Assembly: GCA_050084985.1 (NCBI GenBank)
Contig: JBITNC010000001.1
Span: forward strand, 57,536,001-57,600,000
From: Nageia nagi
Lineage: Eukaryota > Plantae > Pinophyta
Length of the DNA: 64,000 bases
Direction: 5' to 3'
Shown piece after piece: positions 50,901 through 62,002 of this stretch. Both the position numbers and the translations under genes were made by a program. Below the pieces are notes generated by a model. That model had not been told where the DNA came from and did not search any database. It was given only the letters and a program-made list of their open reading frames with translations. Position 1 is the stretch's first letter. Every line of letters starts with the position of its first letter.

Positions 50901-53900
50901 CATGACAAATTTTTATATTGAGGAGGAGGGTTCACATTCTTAGGTAGAAAGACTAGACAATTTAATCGTTAGGTGGAAGAGGGGATACCTTACAATGTTT
51001 GACCTATGGAGAAGGGCTTCCCATAATCCAATCATGCTAGATTTCTGTCACAATTGGTTTCATATTTATGATTACTTGTTTTATGTCAAATTCAAATCCA
51101 CTGACTTCATTTACACAATGACTCAACTCAAGGCCATTATCAATGAGCAAGAAAAGGAATACAAATTCCAAGTACCTTTGTTTGAAGAAAATGCTAGTAT
51201 TAAAGAGTACATGACGGTGATGGCAACAATCCATGCCACTATTGCAGAACAATTGTGTCTCGAGGATCCACACAACTTAAAGATAGGAAAACAAATGAAA
51301 GGAGGAGTTAGACTCGCCACATGGTGCAAGGAAATGGTTAAAACTAATAAATCTTGGAGTACCTACGATTGAATGAAGGAGTCCTCCAGATAATCCATTG
51401 GGTGATCCAGAATATAGAGATGTTTATGTGAGATGATTTTGAAGCTAAAATAGTGGCACATGTACAAGCCATCTTCCCGCCATTGCCAGAATAGAAACAC
51501 GTCTATTTTGACAAATTTTGATATTTTAGCCAAATTTTGGCTAACTCAGTGGATTTTCACTAAGTCGAAATGTACTATCAATTAGCATTCAAATTAGCTT
51601 GTAATTACTAATTAGCTTTTAATTTTGCAATTAGGGATTAGAATTTCAAAACTCACTTTTAGGGTTTTGAAACTTACTTTTAGGGTTTCTAAAAGTCTAT
51701 AAGTAAGAGACATGGGGTCTCATTATTGTAAGAACTTCATTCTTGAAGAGAGCACTTTTTGAAAAGTGAGAGCACATTTGTAAATCTTTGTACATCCTTT
51801 TTCAAGAATCAATACAAAGTGGTTATGCTAAATGACTTGAGTTTGATACTTTTCATATTGGTGTTGTGGATTGAATCTTTGAGGGCTTTCATAGTTGGTT
51901 TGTGCACTTTCATTTTATTCCTTTGAAAACTTTCGAGTTTTAGAGAAGTTATCTTTGTCTTATTTCACAAAGTGTTTGAAACCAACCTATGCTTGTTGCT
52001 TGATCCTCGACATACAGGTTGATTGGGTATTCTATGTCAATTTCTACTTTCATGACATCTATCTAGGTCCTTCATCCAAAACCATGTTCCATTCACTTTG
52101 AAAACTTCCATTTCCATTTAGTTGCATCGGTCCTATTTGTAGAGAACCAATAATTGGCATTCCTTCTTGCTCCTCTTTGAAGCAATTTGAGCTTTGAAAA
52201 TTGTTTGCTTGCAAAGTTGGAAGAATTGAATGAAGAGTCCTTAACTGATTCGAAAGAGATCAACTCTTAGACACTTCTCGTTAGTGAACCTCAAACTCAT
52301 ACTTGACCAAGTATTCATTCCTTTCTCCAAAAGTGTTGTCCTCACCTTTTACTGTATTGCCTTTACGCTTTCTTTATGATTTCTTCATGCTTTCCAAACC
52401 CAAATACAATCGTTAAGTCCACACACAAATATTACGAATAAACTCTATACATCAGATAAAAAATGTTGGTTAACAAGCTACTACCTCTCATTCCATTCAT
52501 TTTTCCATTGAAGTTGATTCTAAAGAGGGATACCGCACATACATTATCTACCTCTACATAGAGACATTTTCACAAGCGTTGGATTTCGTTTGGCAAGCAT
52601 ACCTACAACATTACAGCATTGAGTAGGTGTTTTGACAAGAGCCTTGGAGGTATTAAGTCCTTTTCAAATGGGGGAATTGGTAACGATTGTCAGAGAGTCA
52701 CCACGAGAAAGAAAAACATCCCAACAACACCTAGCAAGGAAGAATTCAAATCAGGAATTGGTAATTCCACATCAAATGAGGTATGTATGGTAATGTCCCA
52801 TGATGATTTTTGTGAAGATGATGATAGCATTGTTGAGATCACTATTGCATCTTCAAAAGGAGAGCATATCAAAAGGTCTTTGAGATATGATTTGTTTAAT
52901 ATATCAGCCATTGAAAAGGTACACTTTGAGCGCACTCTTATTTGAGGACATCAGCCCATAGTTCCATGGGATCTGGATGCCATTAAGCAAGAAATAATGA
53001 TGATGAAGAGCATGGATCAGTGTTTGCTTAGCTCATACATTGAGTTTAATGATGGCTCAAATTCACATTGAGATTTGCTGCAATATTTGAGTTCCATGCA
53101 TGAAGATATGACAACTGGTGGAAGGAAAGATGGGACCACTAGCATTTTTATGACAAGAATGAGAGAAGAAGACACTTATGGGGCAATGTGTGGACCCCTA
53201 GAGATTCGCTCCATTCTCAAGGAAGCTTGGGAGCATTTTGAATGGGACCTCACACTTGTATAAGCACCTAGACACTATTTGGAATCATGGTTTAACTCTA
53301 GTAATGCTTTTATGAGGTATGCTTTCTATAACCATTGTTTTGGTATCCATGCCTTGGTTACATTGGAGCATGATATAGATGAAGTTTCCAAGTCAATTGC
53401 TAGAAATGTTAGTTTTGAGGGATGCCAATGAGATTTCCAAAACTTTAGTTTCCTTGAATTAGAAAATGATTGGTTCAGAGAAAAGATTACTCACGATGAG
53501 CAAAATATACATAATGGGTTTGAGTTAAGCTATGCACTTGTGTCAAAAAACCACCTTTGTTTACAAAATATCAACCAACTATTCATTTTGTATGGGATGG
53601 ATGGAATCCGCATCATTGTTGTAAAGTCATTAGAAAGTTTGAAAGGGGAATTCCACTCCTTGAAGTTACTGCATTGGTGCTATGTGAAGACATGGGATGG
53701 CCATGAGATCACTACCATGAGGTATGTCATGAATTTTGGTTGTTATAACAACAACATACTAAGTTTGGCTTCCTTATTATGGGTTGCATAGTTAAGTAGT
53801 TACAGATTAGTGAAGCATAGAATTGGATGGTTGTTTCTTACAACAACATTACTTGGTACCATAAACACCCAGTATAGAGAAATACTCCATTCTTTATTTG

Positions 53901-56900
53901 ACCAAGATGAAGGCATGTTTGGAAAGAGGAGTTTGAACACTGTACTACACTATGTAATCTCAAAAAAGCAGTATGAAAAAGCACACAGAAAGGTATGCAT
54001 GAATGTTTCAGCTGTTGGAAACACATCTAAGACATCTAAATATTAGATATGACTTGGTGGGCCTCATATGCTTATATTAAACATGAGATGATAAATTTCA
54101 CATATTCTTACAAGGCATGGGAATCGAATGGATGGATTTCAAAGCAGGCATTCAGAATAATGTTGTGCATGAGACCAAGGGAAAGCTACATATATCTTAC
54201 AAAGTGATTGAGAACACTTTAGAGCCATGGATCAACCATGTTATTGTTCCTGCACAGTACGACAATCATTTTAAGTTTGATGACAGTCATTCAAAATGTT
54301 TTGAGGATTTTGATGTTCATGGAATAGTTGCACATAAGAGTAAAAGATCTTCAATGAGTTGTGAGGGTGACATCCCGCCTTGGAAACCCTCTTTACACCA
54401 TATGGAGGCATGGATCATCTATGATATGACTGTTGTAAGGTTTCCTCGTATAAGACTAAGAAATGCTCACTTCAATTATCAAAGGTTGAAGATGGAATTC
54501 TTTGAGCAAGAAGGGGAGATCACACAAAAGGGAATCAATGTTACACATACCTTACTAGCAGTAAACAAGTTGGAAAGCATTCACACCAACCCTGAGGTAA
54601 AAGAGGTCTTAGAAAGCACATGAGAGATGAAGACAAGCCAAGATGGCACCCCAAAGGGGTGTGATAGTGCCGCTGAGTTTTATGACAGCAGTATATATGC
54701 TTGAGAGAATCAACCAGCCAAGATATCACTCAAAGAAGGAGCAACAATACCTCAGAAATTTACAGCAGTTACCTCAAAATGAAGGAAGTTCAAAGGCACA
54801 CCATGATAGCAAGAATGAACCAAAATGGCACTCTCAAAAGGTGTGACAGTCCTCTTACTTTTCACAGCCATACATTGGACCTAATTGACTCATTTTTGGT
54901 GCAACGAAAGTCACTTATAATTATATGTTCCATGAATTATTTGGTAAGATGGACGACATGATGAGAAAGAAGGATCAGCCCCCATTATTATGCTCAGTTT
55001 ATGAACAACAATTTGAAAGGGCGCCGACTAAGGTATGTGAAAGTGCTTCAAATATTGATAGTAACTTGGGAAGACATGTTGAGATCAAAAGCTCTATAAT
55101 TCCTTCATTTTAGAATATTAGTGTAAGCATTGAACATGAACTAGTAGACTTCCTATATGATCATTTGCAAGGCATAAAAGATGAATTGGTAGTTCCTAAA
55201 AAAGAAGGCATTTGGGGTGACATTGCTACTCCATGCTTACTCTTGGGTGAAATAGTTTGGACTATTTTATTATTGGCATTGGAGGTTCAAATGTATGGAA
55301 TGAATAACATAGATGGTTGGACATATTTCATTGATGATTATGAGCTAGGCATGAGAAAATAACATGAGTCGATAACTTTTATAAATGTTTATAGATTGAT
55401 GGATCTCATTAATGCTCATGGATTGGTAGATTTCATATACAACTATGTGCAAGAAATGAAAGAAGACAATGTTATTATAGCATGTATGAATTTTGTTGGT
55501 GCCAATAATAGGAAAGCATTGATTGATGATAAATTTTAGAAATTAATAACAACATGTATGGATCTTGATAGTAAATGGGAAGCATTGATGAATGAACAGT
55601 TTCAGTTTCCTTTAGCAGCATGTATGGATTTCAATGTTGCTAGATTTCAACACTTGGAAAGGTTTGGTGACATCGTAGAGTTTGTTGACTCAAAATCCCT
55701 TTGGTTTTCATGTGTTTGGCTCCATGCTACTAATGGTTCATTTCAATTTGGTTTAGGAGAAACATTGAAAGTTAACACAAGCATGAGTTTGATGGATGTA
55801 GAGACACTTGGATAGCCAGGTTTGATTTTTATCAATTTGAGAGCAATTGAAGACAAAAGACAACTTGAGAGCAATTTTGGGACATTGTTCTTCCATGCAG
55901 AAATAGTTGGCATGTATGTTCATGGTCTCTTGGCACTATTTGAAGGAATTTGGGGATTCTTCTTGACATCAAAGGTGAAAACACTTTCACTTGATCACAA
56001 GGAGTCCTAGCTTGTTCGTGTAAAGGCATTAAAGACATAATGTCCAAATCTTGGTACAAAATGGATATTTCATGGAATTTCTAGGTACACTTGAGTTGCA
56101 CCATGAGGTTGGAACACTTTTTATGAAACTCTTTGCATTCATATCCATTCTTGACATCATGGATACTTGGGAAAGGAAAGCACCGCCTTAGCATGATGGA
56201 TTTTCAATCGACGATATGATGGACTTTCTTTGAGATCCATTTGGATCATTAAAATTGGATTTGGCTTGGTGACATCGAGATGTGTGTTGTCATTGCTTGA
56301 GGACAAACAATGTGAGGAGGGTGGACTTGTAATGTCCCCAATTTTAAGAAATCTTGTAGAAGGCATAACTTTTGTCACAAGTCTTGGATCACTGATTTGT
56401 CTTTTGGAATGGATGGAGAATCTTCTGCCAATTGTTTTGATAGTCACACGACATGGTTCCATCAAAAAATGAGGGAGATATGGACTTTTGAAGTTCGCCT
56501 AGGAAACTAGGATTCTAATATCATGGCCAAAGAAAAGTGGGCCAAGATTTTAATTATTGGTAATTTCAAGGTAAAGGCAACTATAAAAGGAGGAGAGATT
56601 CACCACTTAATCATCATAATTTTGAATTTTATCTCAGATCATCTCAGAGTTGGGGCTACTCCCCTCTCTTCCTTTTAAGGACTAGGGTTGCTTCCTAGCC
56701 TAGAAGTAGCCTATTCGCACTTATATTCATTTGGATAGCTTGCGCCATCTTTGGAAGACCTTCTAGTCTTAGCGCTACACCTTGGGAGCCATCTAGATAC
56801 TTGTGACAACCATTCTTGCTACTTGGAAGCTTGCACTAGCCATTAGGATTCTTTGTTGTGCATTTTGGAGTCTTGAGTTTTGCCCTAGAACTTGTTGCAG

Positions 56901-59900
56901 GCTTGTTACAACCCTATACTTATTCTTGATCATTATTATTGATATTTGGCTCTCATATTGCCCTTCAAATGTGAATGAATGTTCCTTTATTACTGTTGTA
57001 CTATTATCATTCGTTGTGCATGATAATGCATGCGGATTAGAGTATTTTGGAGGCATATCATTATTATGTTACAGATTTGTAATTGTGCCCTAGTATGGTT
57101 GGTTTTGCATGTTCTAAGAGCTTCTTCACTGCTATATATCAGATCTGGTTACAGTTATAATATTTCAGTCTTGAGAGCATTAATATTTCAGTCTTGAGAG
57201 CATTATTGGATGGTGAATGAGCATTTCTATTGTGCCCTAATTTGTGAATGATTGTGGAATTGTGTTGAGTAAGTGTGCATGTTTAGCATAAGCCCTAAAA
57301 GGTTACATTACAGATCAGCATTCTTTTTAGCTAGTAAATGGGAAATGTAAACTATGGCTTTATTTGCATGTTCTCTTCTTTGTAAATTGTCCTTTTATGC
57401 CCCATATTTCTACCTTTTCTCCATTTAATCCTTTATTCCTCTCTGATCTTGTTTCAATTTTTGTTTGGTAAAAAATAAATATTTATTTTTATATTAAAAT
57501 TATTTCAAAAAAGTTACATTGTTGAGTGAGCGTAAACATGGGTGACCTACTAGGTGATAGCAACGATTTCCCTAAGCGAACCAATCAGGCGATTGAAGAC
57601 TCACGAACGAAGAAGGTGCAACAAAAGGACACTCAAAAGGATGAATCATCTCAGGCAAAGCTGGGTATCGAGAATCAGAATGTTATTCGAATGGGAAAGA
57701 AAGATGCCCTAGGCAACCTGCAACTAGAGCCGAAGATTCACAGTTTTTGCACATGGGTTTTATGGTGCATTCTTCTCCGGCCATGCTAGAAATTAAAGAT
57801 TCAGAAACTAGAATAAAGATTGAAGAACTGGAATCCAAAGCGATTATCTGCAAAATGAGGGGAAAACGTCCAAGATGGGAATACCTTATGAAATTTGCAG
57901 ATGAATGTTGGGACTATAAGTTTCAAATTTCTCTCATGATTTTTTAATGGTTGTATTTGAGGATCCAAAGGAGAGGCTATAGGCTATGGAATGCAAACAT
58001 TCATGTTTCTTTGGCCAAAGGGGATTGTACATGCAACCATGGTCTCTTGATTTCAAACCCCTATCCAAAGAAATCACAACACTTCCCGTTATGGTGAATT
58101 TGTATGCCCTTCCAGGAAAGTTATAGAGTAAGAAAGCCATTACAAAAATCGGGAATGCTATAGGTATCTTCCAAGGTCCAGATGAAAATACTCTAGAAAA
58201 TATGGAGAGAAAACAGGACTTGCATAACGTAAGATTTTGTGTATGGATGAATACATCAGGTCCTTGGCCACTGTCAATTGTTCTATCTTCGAGATGGTGA
58301 ACATGGAACCAAAGTATTGAATATGAAAACTTCTATTTGAGATGTTATGGTTGTCAACAAATAGGGCATTTGAAGAAGAATTGTCCATCGCACAAATGTC
58401 AAAAGTCTATCTCAATGGCCTCTTTAGAAGTGGATTCCTCAGATTTCCTTCGAAATAACAGCAGTGTTATAGAAGATTATCATGATACAAAACAGCTTCC
58501 ATATCCTCTCAAAAGCTCAATGGGAGGATCTCAGGAGGAAGATGGAATGCCTACCCTTGGACAGGTATGAGAAAGATTCTGATAGGCCTTTACAGAATGA
58601 GGAGACATTATGTAATGGAAAGACTTTAACAGAGGACTGTTCTGTAAGGAAAACAAAGAAAGATGAAAAAAAAAATCCAAAAGCATCTCTTTCAAGATCT
58701 TCAGAGGTAAAAACAATGAAGGATTCATCTAATATTTGAAGAGTGTGGGAAAAAATTCAGAGATGGGTTATGAAACTATAATTGAAGATGTTGAGGAAGA
58801 ATCTCCAAGATATTATTTGAGAAGCCTAAAATGTAGAAATGCATTTTCAGACTTTGTAAAATATAATGAGAAAAACTTGTGTTATGGAAGCCGTAGAAGG
58901 ATTGATTAGAGTTCCTTGGTACTGATCAGAGGATGGTGTGCTGAAGGATGGTAGTTGTAGCCAGAATAATCCCCGAAGTTCTAGTAACTAGACTATAGAG
59001 ATTCGTCGATGCTTAACCTATGTTTCATATGATATGTATTGAATATATTTATTGTAATTGCCCTGTTTTTTGAAAACCCGCTATTATTTTTACCCTTACC
59101 AAAAAAAAAAGAAGTTACATTGTTGAGTTTTCCACACTCATAGAGCAAAAAGCCTTTGTAAGATCACATGTAGCACTGTATTCCTCAAAAGAGACACCTG
59201 TAACCATGCTGACTCTGACTATACATAAAAGTACTTGACAGATGGTTTAAGTTTTAACACATGATTGTCGAAAAAAAATCTTTTCTTTGATAGAGAATCA
59301 TGCATATCATGCTTAAAATAAGACATTTCTTTTTCATTTTTCAATTAATGTACTTGTCTTGAAGTCTGACTTATGTTTGAAATCATTTCGTTATTTTCTG
59401 ATGCATCTTTTAACAGAACTTTTTTGTTTAACATTGTTGGTAGTTTCACAGCCAAAATGAAAAACCTCATCCTATTGGATATGTAATGGAATTTCAATCT
59501 CTGTTAGAACTTAGCATGTGTGGAGACTCATTTTCCTTTTGAAACCTTACAGTCATCATTCCTTTGGGGATACTTGCTGTCTGCTGTTCCTGGAGGAGCC
59601 TTGGCAGACCGTTATGGTGGCAAAATTATTCTAGCATGTGGGGTAGCAATATGGTCATTGGCATCCTTGCTCACACCATGGGCTTCCAGTCATTCAGTAG
59701 GAATGCTTCTTGCTGTACGTGCACTCTTTGGTCTTGCAGAAGGTGTAGCTTTACCTTGTATGAACACCACAATCTCAAGGTAGATTTAAGTATTAACTTA
59801 CCGAAAAAGATCAACTTATTAAATGATTTAAACCTTTCTTTTCCATAACTTTTGCCCCTATATGGTATCATAGAATTTTAATCCATGACAGTTCAATCAA

Positions 59901-62002
59901 AATTTTACTGTTTTCTGCAGTCATGTGAGTGCAATTGTTAAATGATTATGCGACATATAATGTATTGGTTTTTGTTTTGATTAACTATTCAACTGTGGAG
60001 CTTTAATTAGCAACAAGTATTGATAATTTATCTTGTTTTGAAGATGGTTTCCTTGTACGGAACGAGCTACAGCAGTAGGCCTCTCTATGGCAGGATTTCA
60101 TCTAGGTAATGTGATAAGCTTGCTTGCTTCTCCATACTAATGTCACAAGCTGGAGTTTCGGGCCCTTTTATTACATTTGGACTTTTAGGCTTTCTTTGGC
60201 TCTCAATATGGTTGCCATCCATATATAAGGATCCTCAGTTTCATCCTGGGATATCAAAATTAGAGCTTTTGTATATTCAAGAGGGGAATGGGAGTTCTTC
60301 AAAGTCTCCTGAAAGTTCCAATAGCCATGGTGGCAACAGGATGCCTCCTTTTCGTCTTCTGTTTTCTAAGTTACCATCATGGGCGATAATAGTTGCAAAT
60401 GTTACAAATAATTGGGTAAGCTGAATAGAAAAGGCAAGTTTTCATTGCTGTCATAATGTTTCCCTCATTTATTTGTGGCTGATCTTTGCCTTTTTGTCAT
60501 TTTCAGGGTTATTTTGTTCTTCTGTCTTGGATGCCAGTGTATTTCAAAACTGTAAGTTTTGTTTTTATAGGAAAGCATACTATTCAATTCAAAATGAGTT
60601 AAGAATTTCTAACCTTCCAATTCAAAATAGAAGAAGTGATGCTGAGATTTTAGTTAGAAAGTTTCATATACTGCTATTTTAATTTCATAGTGAAGTGATT
60701 TCAGGAGCAACGTTTCTTTTTGTTCAGGTCTTTGATGTGAATTTGAAACAAGCTGCATGGTTTAGTGCCATTCCATGGGCAACAATGGCATTTGCAGGAT
60801 ATATTGCTGGTGCCTGCTCAGACTTTTTGATACAGTCTGGCTACACAATCACAGTAGTGCGGAAGATAATGCAGGTTGGTTATTCTTTTAAAGACTAAAT
60901 GGATAATAAGATTAATAAGATTCATTGAATTAAAAGAGAAAAAAAGTTTGTATTTTGCAAATACCAAAGTAGTGCTGGATTTAAGTGAAAATTGTCTGAA
61001 GAAATAAGTGTTAACTTGTCACTATATTGCCACTTTTCCAATTTGGTTTAGCTCATTGTTCTTTTCTTTATGAAGAGGAAAACTTTTAGGGGTTGTTATT
61101 CATCAATTGGTCAATTTCTTGTAGTTTTTTTTGTTTTTCCTCAAAAATATTAAGCTGTAAATTCTTCCATTTCTGAATTGAAAGAATTGCAGCTAGTTTA
61201 TACTTTTATCGTATTTACGATGAGAAAGCGAGATGAAGCTAATGTTGTATATTTGTATTAATTATCTTTTAGGTTTCAAACACCAAGGATATCATGTATT
61301 TCGTTTGTTTTTTCCTTCAGTAAGTATATAATAGGATTGACCTTGTACCTATTGTTATACATGCCTGCAGTCAATTGGTTTCATGGGTCCAGGATTGGCA
61401 CTGCTTTGTCTGAATGGTGCTCCCAATCCAAATATTGCAGCAGCATGGCTAACTGCAGCACTTAGTTTGAGTGCATTCAGCCAAGCTGGATTTCTGCTAA
61501 ATATGCATGTAGGTTTCAGATCTCAATCGATTAATATACACGCCCATTGATTTCTGTGTCTTAATAAAATGTTTAATCTCTTCAGAACTCTGTCAATAAT
61601 TGAGTGTATTTGTTATAAAGATCTCATATGCCTATACTAATAGTTGTATGCATATTTTCTTGGCATATGATCAGGAAATTGCACCACAATATGCAGGAGT
61701 TCTTCATGGTATGATGATTGAACTTGTTCATTCTATCTCAAGCTATTGAATTATTCCATGCTCACAAGAGTTTCTGTGAATGACACTCATTTGAAGAAAC
61801 TATCTCATTTATTCTTATCTACATTATTTCAGGCATTTCAAACTCCATTGGAACATTTGCAGCTATTGTCAGCACAATTGGAACGGGATATTTTGTTGAG
61901 TGGTTGGGTTCGTTCCAGTCTTTCTTGACGCTCACTGCATTTTTATATTTTATTACAACCATCTTCTGGAATCTCAATGCTACAGGCGAACGAGTATTTT
62001 AA
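41947..62002 (+). CDS. PHT4: PHT4/ANTR (SLC17 family) anion/phosphate transporter, PHT4;2/PHT4;3 clade, probably plastid-targeted; as sequenced it has a 1-nt frameshift in exon 3
   Basis: Exons 41947-42438, 59553-59779, 60044-60415, 60507-60551, 60728-60874, 61371-61508, 61675-61708, 61833-62002, all GT-AG. Motifs ERAKVVAM...CNANRVVMSVAIVPL, SSFLWGY, FGLAEGVALPCM, RWFPCTERATAVG, GYFVLLSWMPVYF, NLKQAAWFSAIPW, SQAGFLLN, EIAPQYAGVLHG, ATGERVF*. Exons total 1625 nt, one short of 541 aa plus stop. Start could also be ATG 41959. Confidence 0.93.
45553..46482 (+). repeat. 5' LTR (930 bp)
   Basis: Direct repeat of 56328-57312; termini decayed to TA...TA; TATA-like cctataaaaggagg. Confidence 0.93.
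47985..49230 (+). repeat. Four diverged ~365-385-bp tandem repeats with CCAAT boxes
   Basis: gcaactttgctctt-like anchor at 48035, 48418, 48781 and 49147; agccaat motifs at ~48329, ~48690 and ~49054. Confidence 0.8.
50100..51372 (+). pseudogene. Decayed ORF of unknown function (acidic N-terminal part, coiled-coil-like middle) inside the putative solo LTR
   Basis: ORF 49823-50737 continues after one frameshift (~50720) as EIQELKKKLANQEMVANEVK... with two TAG stops into ORF 50995-51372; about 420 codons in total. Confidence 0.6.
56328..57312 (+). repeat. 3' LTR (985 bp)
   Basis: TGTAATGTCC...CATTACA; includes a 23-bp tandem duplication at 57158-57203 that is absent from the 5' LTR. Confidence 0.93.
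57528..59111 (+). mobile_element. L1-clade LINE derivative encoding only ORF1 (DUF4283-like region plus CCHC knuckle), with poly(A) and 17-bp TSD
   Basis: TSD aagttacattgttgagt at 57511-57527 and 59112-59128; A10 tail at 59101-59110; ATG at 57538; remnants KAIICKMRGKRP, GLYMQPWSLDFKP, AITKIGNAIG, CYGCQQIGHLKKNC (58343-58384). No endonuclease or RT. Confidence 0.9.

Larger units (their letters stand above)
47146..52558 (+). mobile_element. 5.4-kb nested insertion, probable solo LTR of a large gypsy element
   Basis: Termini TGTAG...CTACA; flanks aaga/taga (imperfect 4-bp duplication). Removing it rejoins the host frame QHTPR/DIFTSVGF. No internal terminal repeat, PBS or pol seen. Confidence 0.7.
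45553..57312 (+). mobile_element. Non-autonomous gypsy-derived LTR element in PHT4 intron 1
   Basis: LTRs at 45553-46482 and 56328-57312; TSD GATCA at 45548-45552 and 57313-57317; degenerate PBS tagtatcaaagc at 46487-46498; PPT gaggagggtggact at 56314-56327. Interior ends LLEDKQCEEGGLVMSP like a gypsy pol end, but I found no YxDD RT core. Confidence 0.92.
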
